This document shows, piece by piece, positions 63,298-64,000 of a DNA stretch of 64,000 nt. The notes beneath the pieces are model-generated. The model had not been told where the DNA came from and did no database searches. It saw nothing but the letters and a program-made list of their open reading frames with translations. The first letter of the stretch is position 1. Every line of letters begins with the position of its first letter. Origin of the DNA: an uncultured Gemmatimonadales bacterium (lineage in GTDB: Bacteria > Gemmatimonadota > Gemmatimonadetes > Gemmatimonadales > GWC2-71-9); the NCBI GenBank assembly GCA_963730185.1, contig CAVSQW010000013.1:151245-215244 (forward strand). Reading direction: 5' to 3'. The translations under genes and the position numbers were made by a program.

Positions 63298-63435
63298 GCC
63301 TAACCAAATCTTGAACTGGACGGGCGCCCGGGGCCCGGATTGCCGGAGTCGCGGCCGCGCCCCAATGTTGGTTGGAGGATGGCGCGGCCGCTCAGCTCCG
63401 AGCGGCGCCCGCCAGTTAAGATTCGGACGTTCGAC
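63298..63435 (+). other. attC site 3 (138 bp)
   Basis: GCCTAAC...CCAGTTAAGATTCGGAC-GTTCGAC. Confidence 0.9.
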
Positions 63436-63450
63436 GAACAGAGGGCGGTG

Positions 63451-63933
63451 ATGAAACGAGTAGCACTTCTTCTCTTTGTTGGCTGGATCACGACTAGCTG
63501 CGCACCTCTTGATGGTTCTGTCGAAGCAGAGAATCATGAGCTGGTGCACGCGGTGTTCTCGGACGTCTGGAGCAAGGGGAACGTCGAGCTCATCCCCGCT
63601 CTCTTCTCGGAGAGTTACGTCGGTCACTTTCCGGGTGGTGACACCGTGCGTGGTCGAGAAGGTCTGGCATCTGCAGTGATGGCCCACCGTAAGGCCTTCC
63701 CAGATTGGACCGAGGACGTGGAGGGCGTGATCATCGATCACGAGTCGATCGCGGTCCGATTCACGTCGCGAGGCACCAACACGGGGGAGTTTCTGGGCAA
63801 TCCGCCAACAGGAAACCGGGTCGAGATCTCGGAAGTTGTCATATTCAGATTGGAGGACCAGCAGATCGCTGAGCAATGGGTCTATCCGGACATGCTCAGC
63901 CTTCAGCGCCAGCTGAGTGTGCGGCACCAGTGA
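63451..63933 (+). CDS. Cassette 4: SnoaL-like ester cyclase, probable lipoprotein
   Basis: KAFPDW, GTNTGEFLGNPPTGNRVE; signal peptide ending TTSC. Confidence 0.88.
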   Translation: MKRVALLLFVGWITTSCAPLDGSVEAENHELVHAVFSDVWSKGNVELIPALFSESYVGHFPGGDTVRGREGLASAVMAHRKAFPDWTEDVEGVIIDHESIAVRFTSRGTNTGEFLGNPPTGNRVEISEVVIFRLEDQQIAEQWVYPDMLSLQRQLSVRHQ

Positions 63934-63944
63934 AGAATACTGTC

Positions 63945-64000
63945 GTCTAACACGGCGATGCAGCCGGACGGCCGCTACGCGGCCGCCGCTGATCGCCAGA
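63945..64000 (+). other. attC site 4 (short type, truncated by the window end)
   Basis: GTCTAAC-ACGGCGATGCAGCCGGACGGCCGC-TAC-GCGGCCGCCGCTGATCGCC hairpin. Confidence 0.8.

Larger units (their letters stand above)
59717..64000 (+). mobile_element. Integron with co-oriented integrase and at least four gene cassettes (continues beyond the window)
   Basis: intI, putative attI and four attC sites all in + orientation. Confidence 0.92.

Noticed and set aside
61738..63435. Three long near-identical repeats as a CRISPR array or IS ends
   Set aside because: They are ~137 bp, separated by whole genes and have attC R/L box structure; no cas or transposase genes are present

Overview
A high-GC (roughly 70% by eye), gene-dense bacterial chromosome segment. 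PadR-ADOP permease pairs suggest an Acidobacteriota/Gemmatimonadota-like organism, but this is inference only. Positions 1-59.5 kb hold mostly housekeeping and accessory genes: an EmrAB-TolC efflux operon with TetR, yggT/yggU, treS-mak and glgB, pruA, a nitrilase, orphan ABC permeases, an M16 peptidase, DsbA-VKOR-kup, msrA, acs, ccmABCD, an uncharacterised three-gene exported-protein cluster, a KimA-like APC transporter divergent from a truncated KdpD and KdpE, SdpR/SdpI-like genes, and a LytS/LytTR pair with a frameshifted DUF5916-like gene. The most striking element is an integron from about 59.7 kb to the window end. Its integrase is co-oriented with and upstream of the cassette array, the putative attI follows the intI stop codon, and three near-identical ~137-bp attC sites are followed by the start of a fourth, different attC. 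The cassettes encode a HEPN-motif protein interrupted by an in-frame TGA, two tandem diverged copies of an antitoxin-RelE/ParE module, and a SnoaL-like ester cyclase lipoprotein. A family of intergenic CTACTCC-type heptamer repeats recurs at four loci, with a G-rich arm followed by a C-rich arm at three of them. No rRNA, tRNA or CRISPR array was recognised. All family assignments are by motif recognition, not database search.
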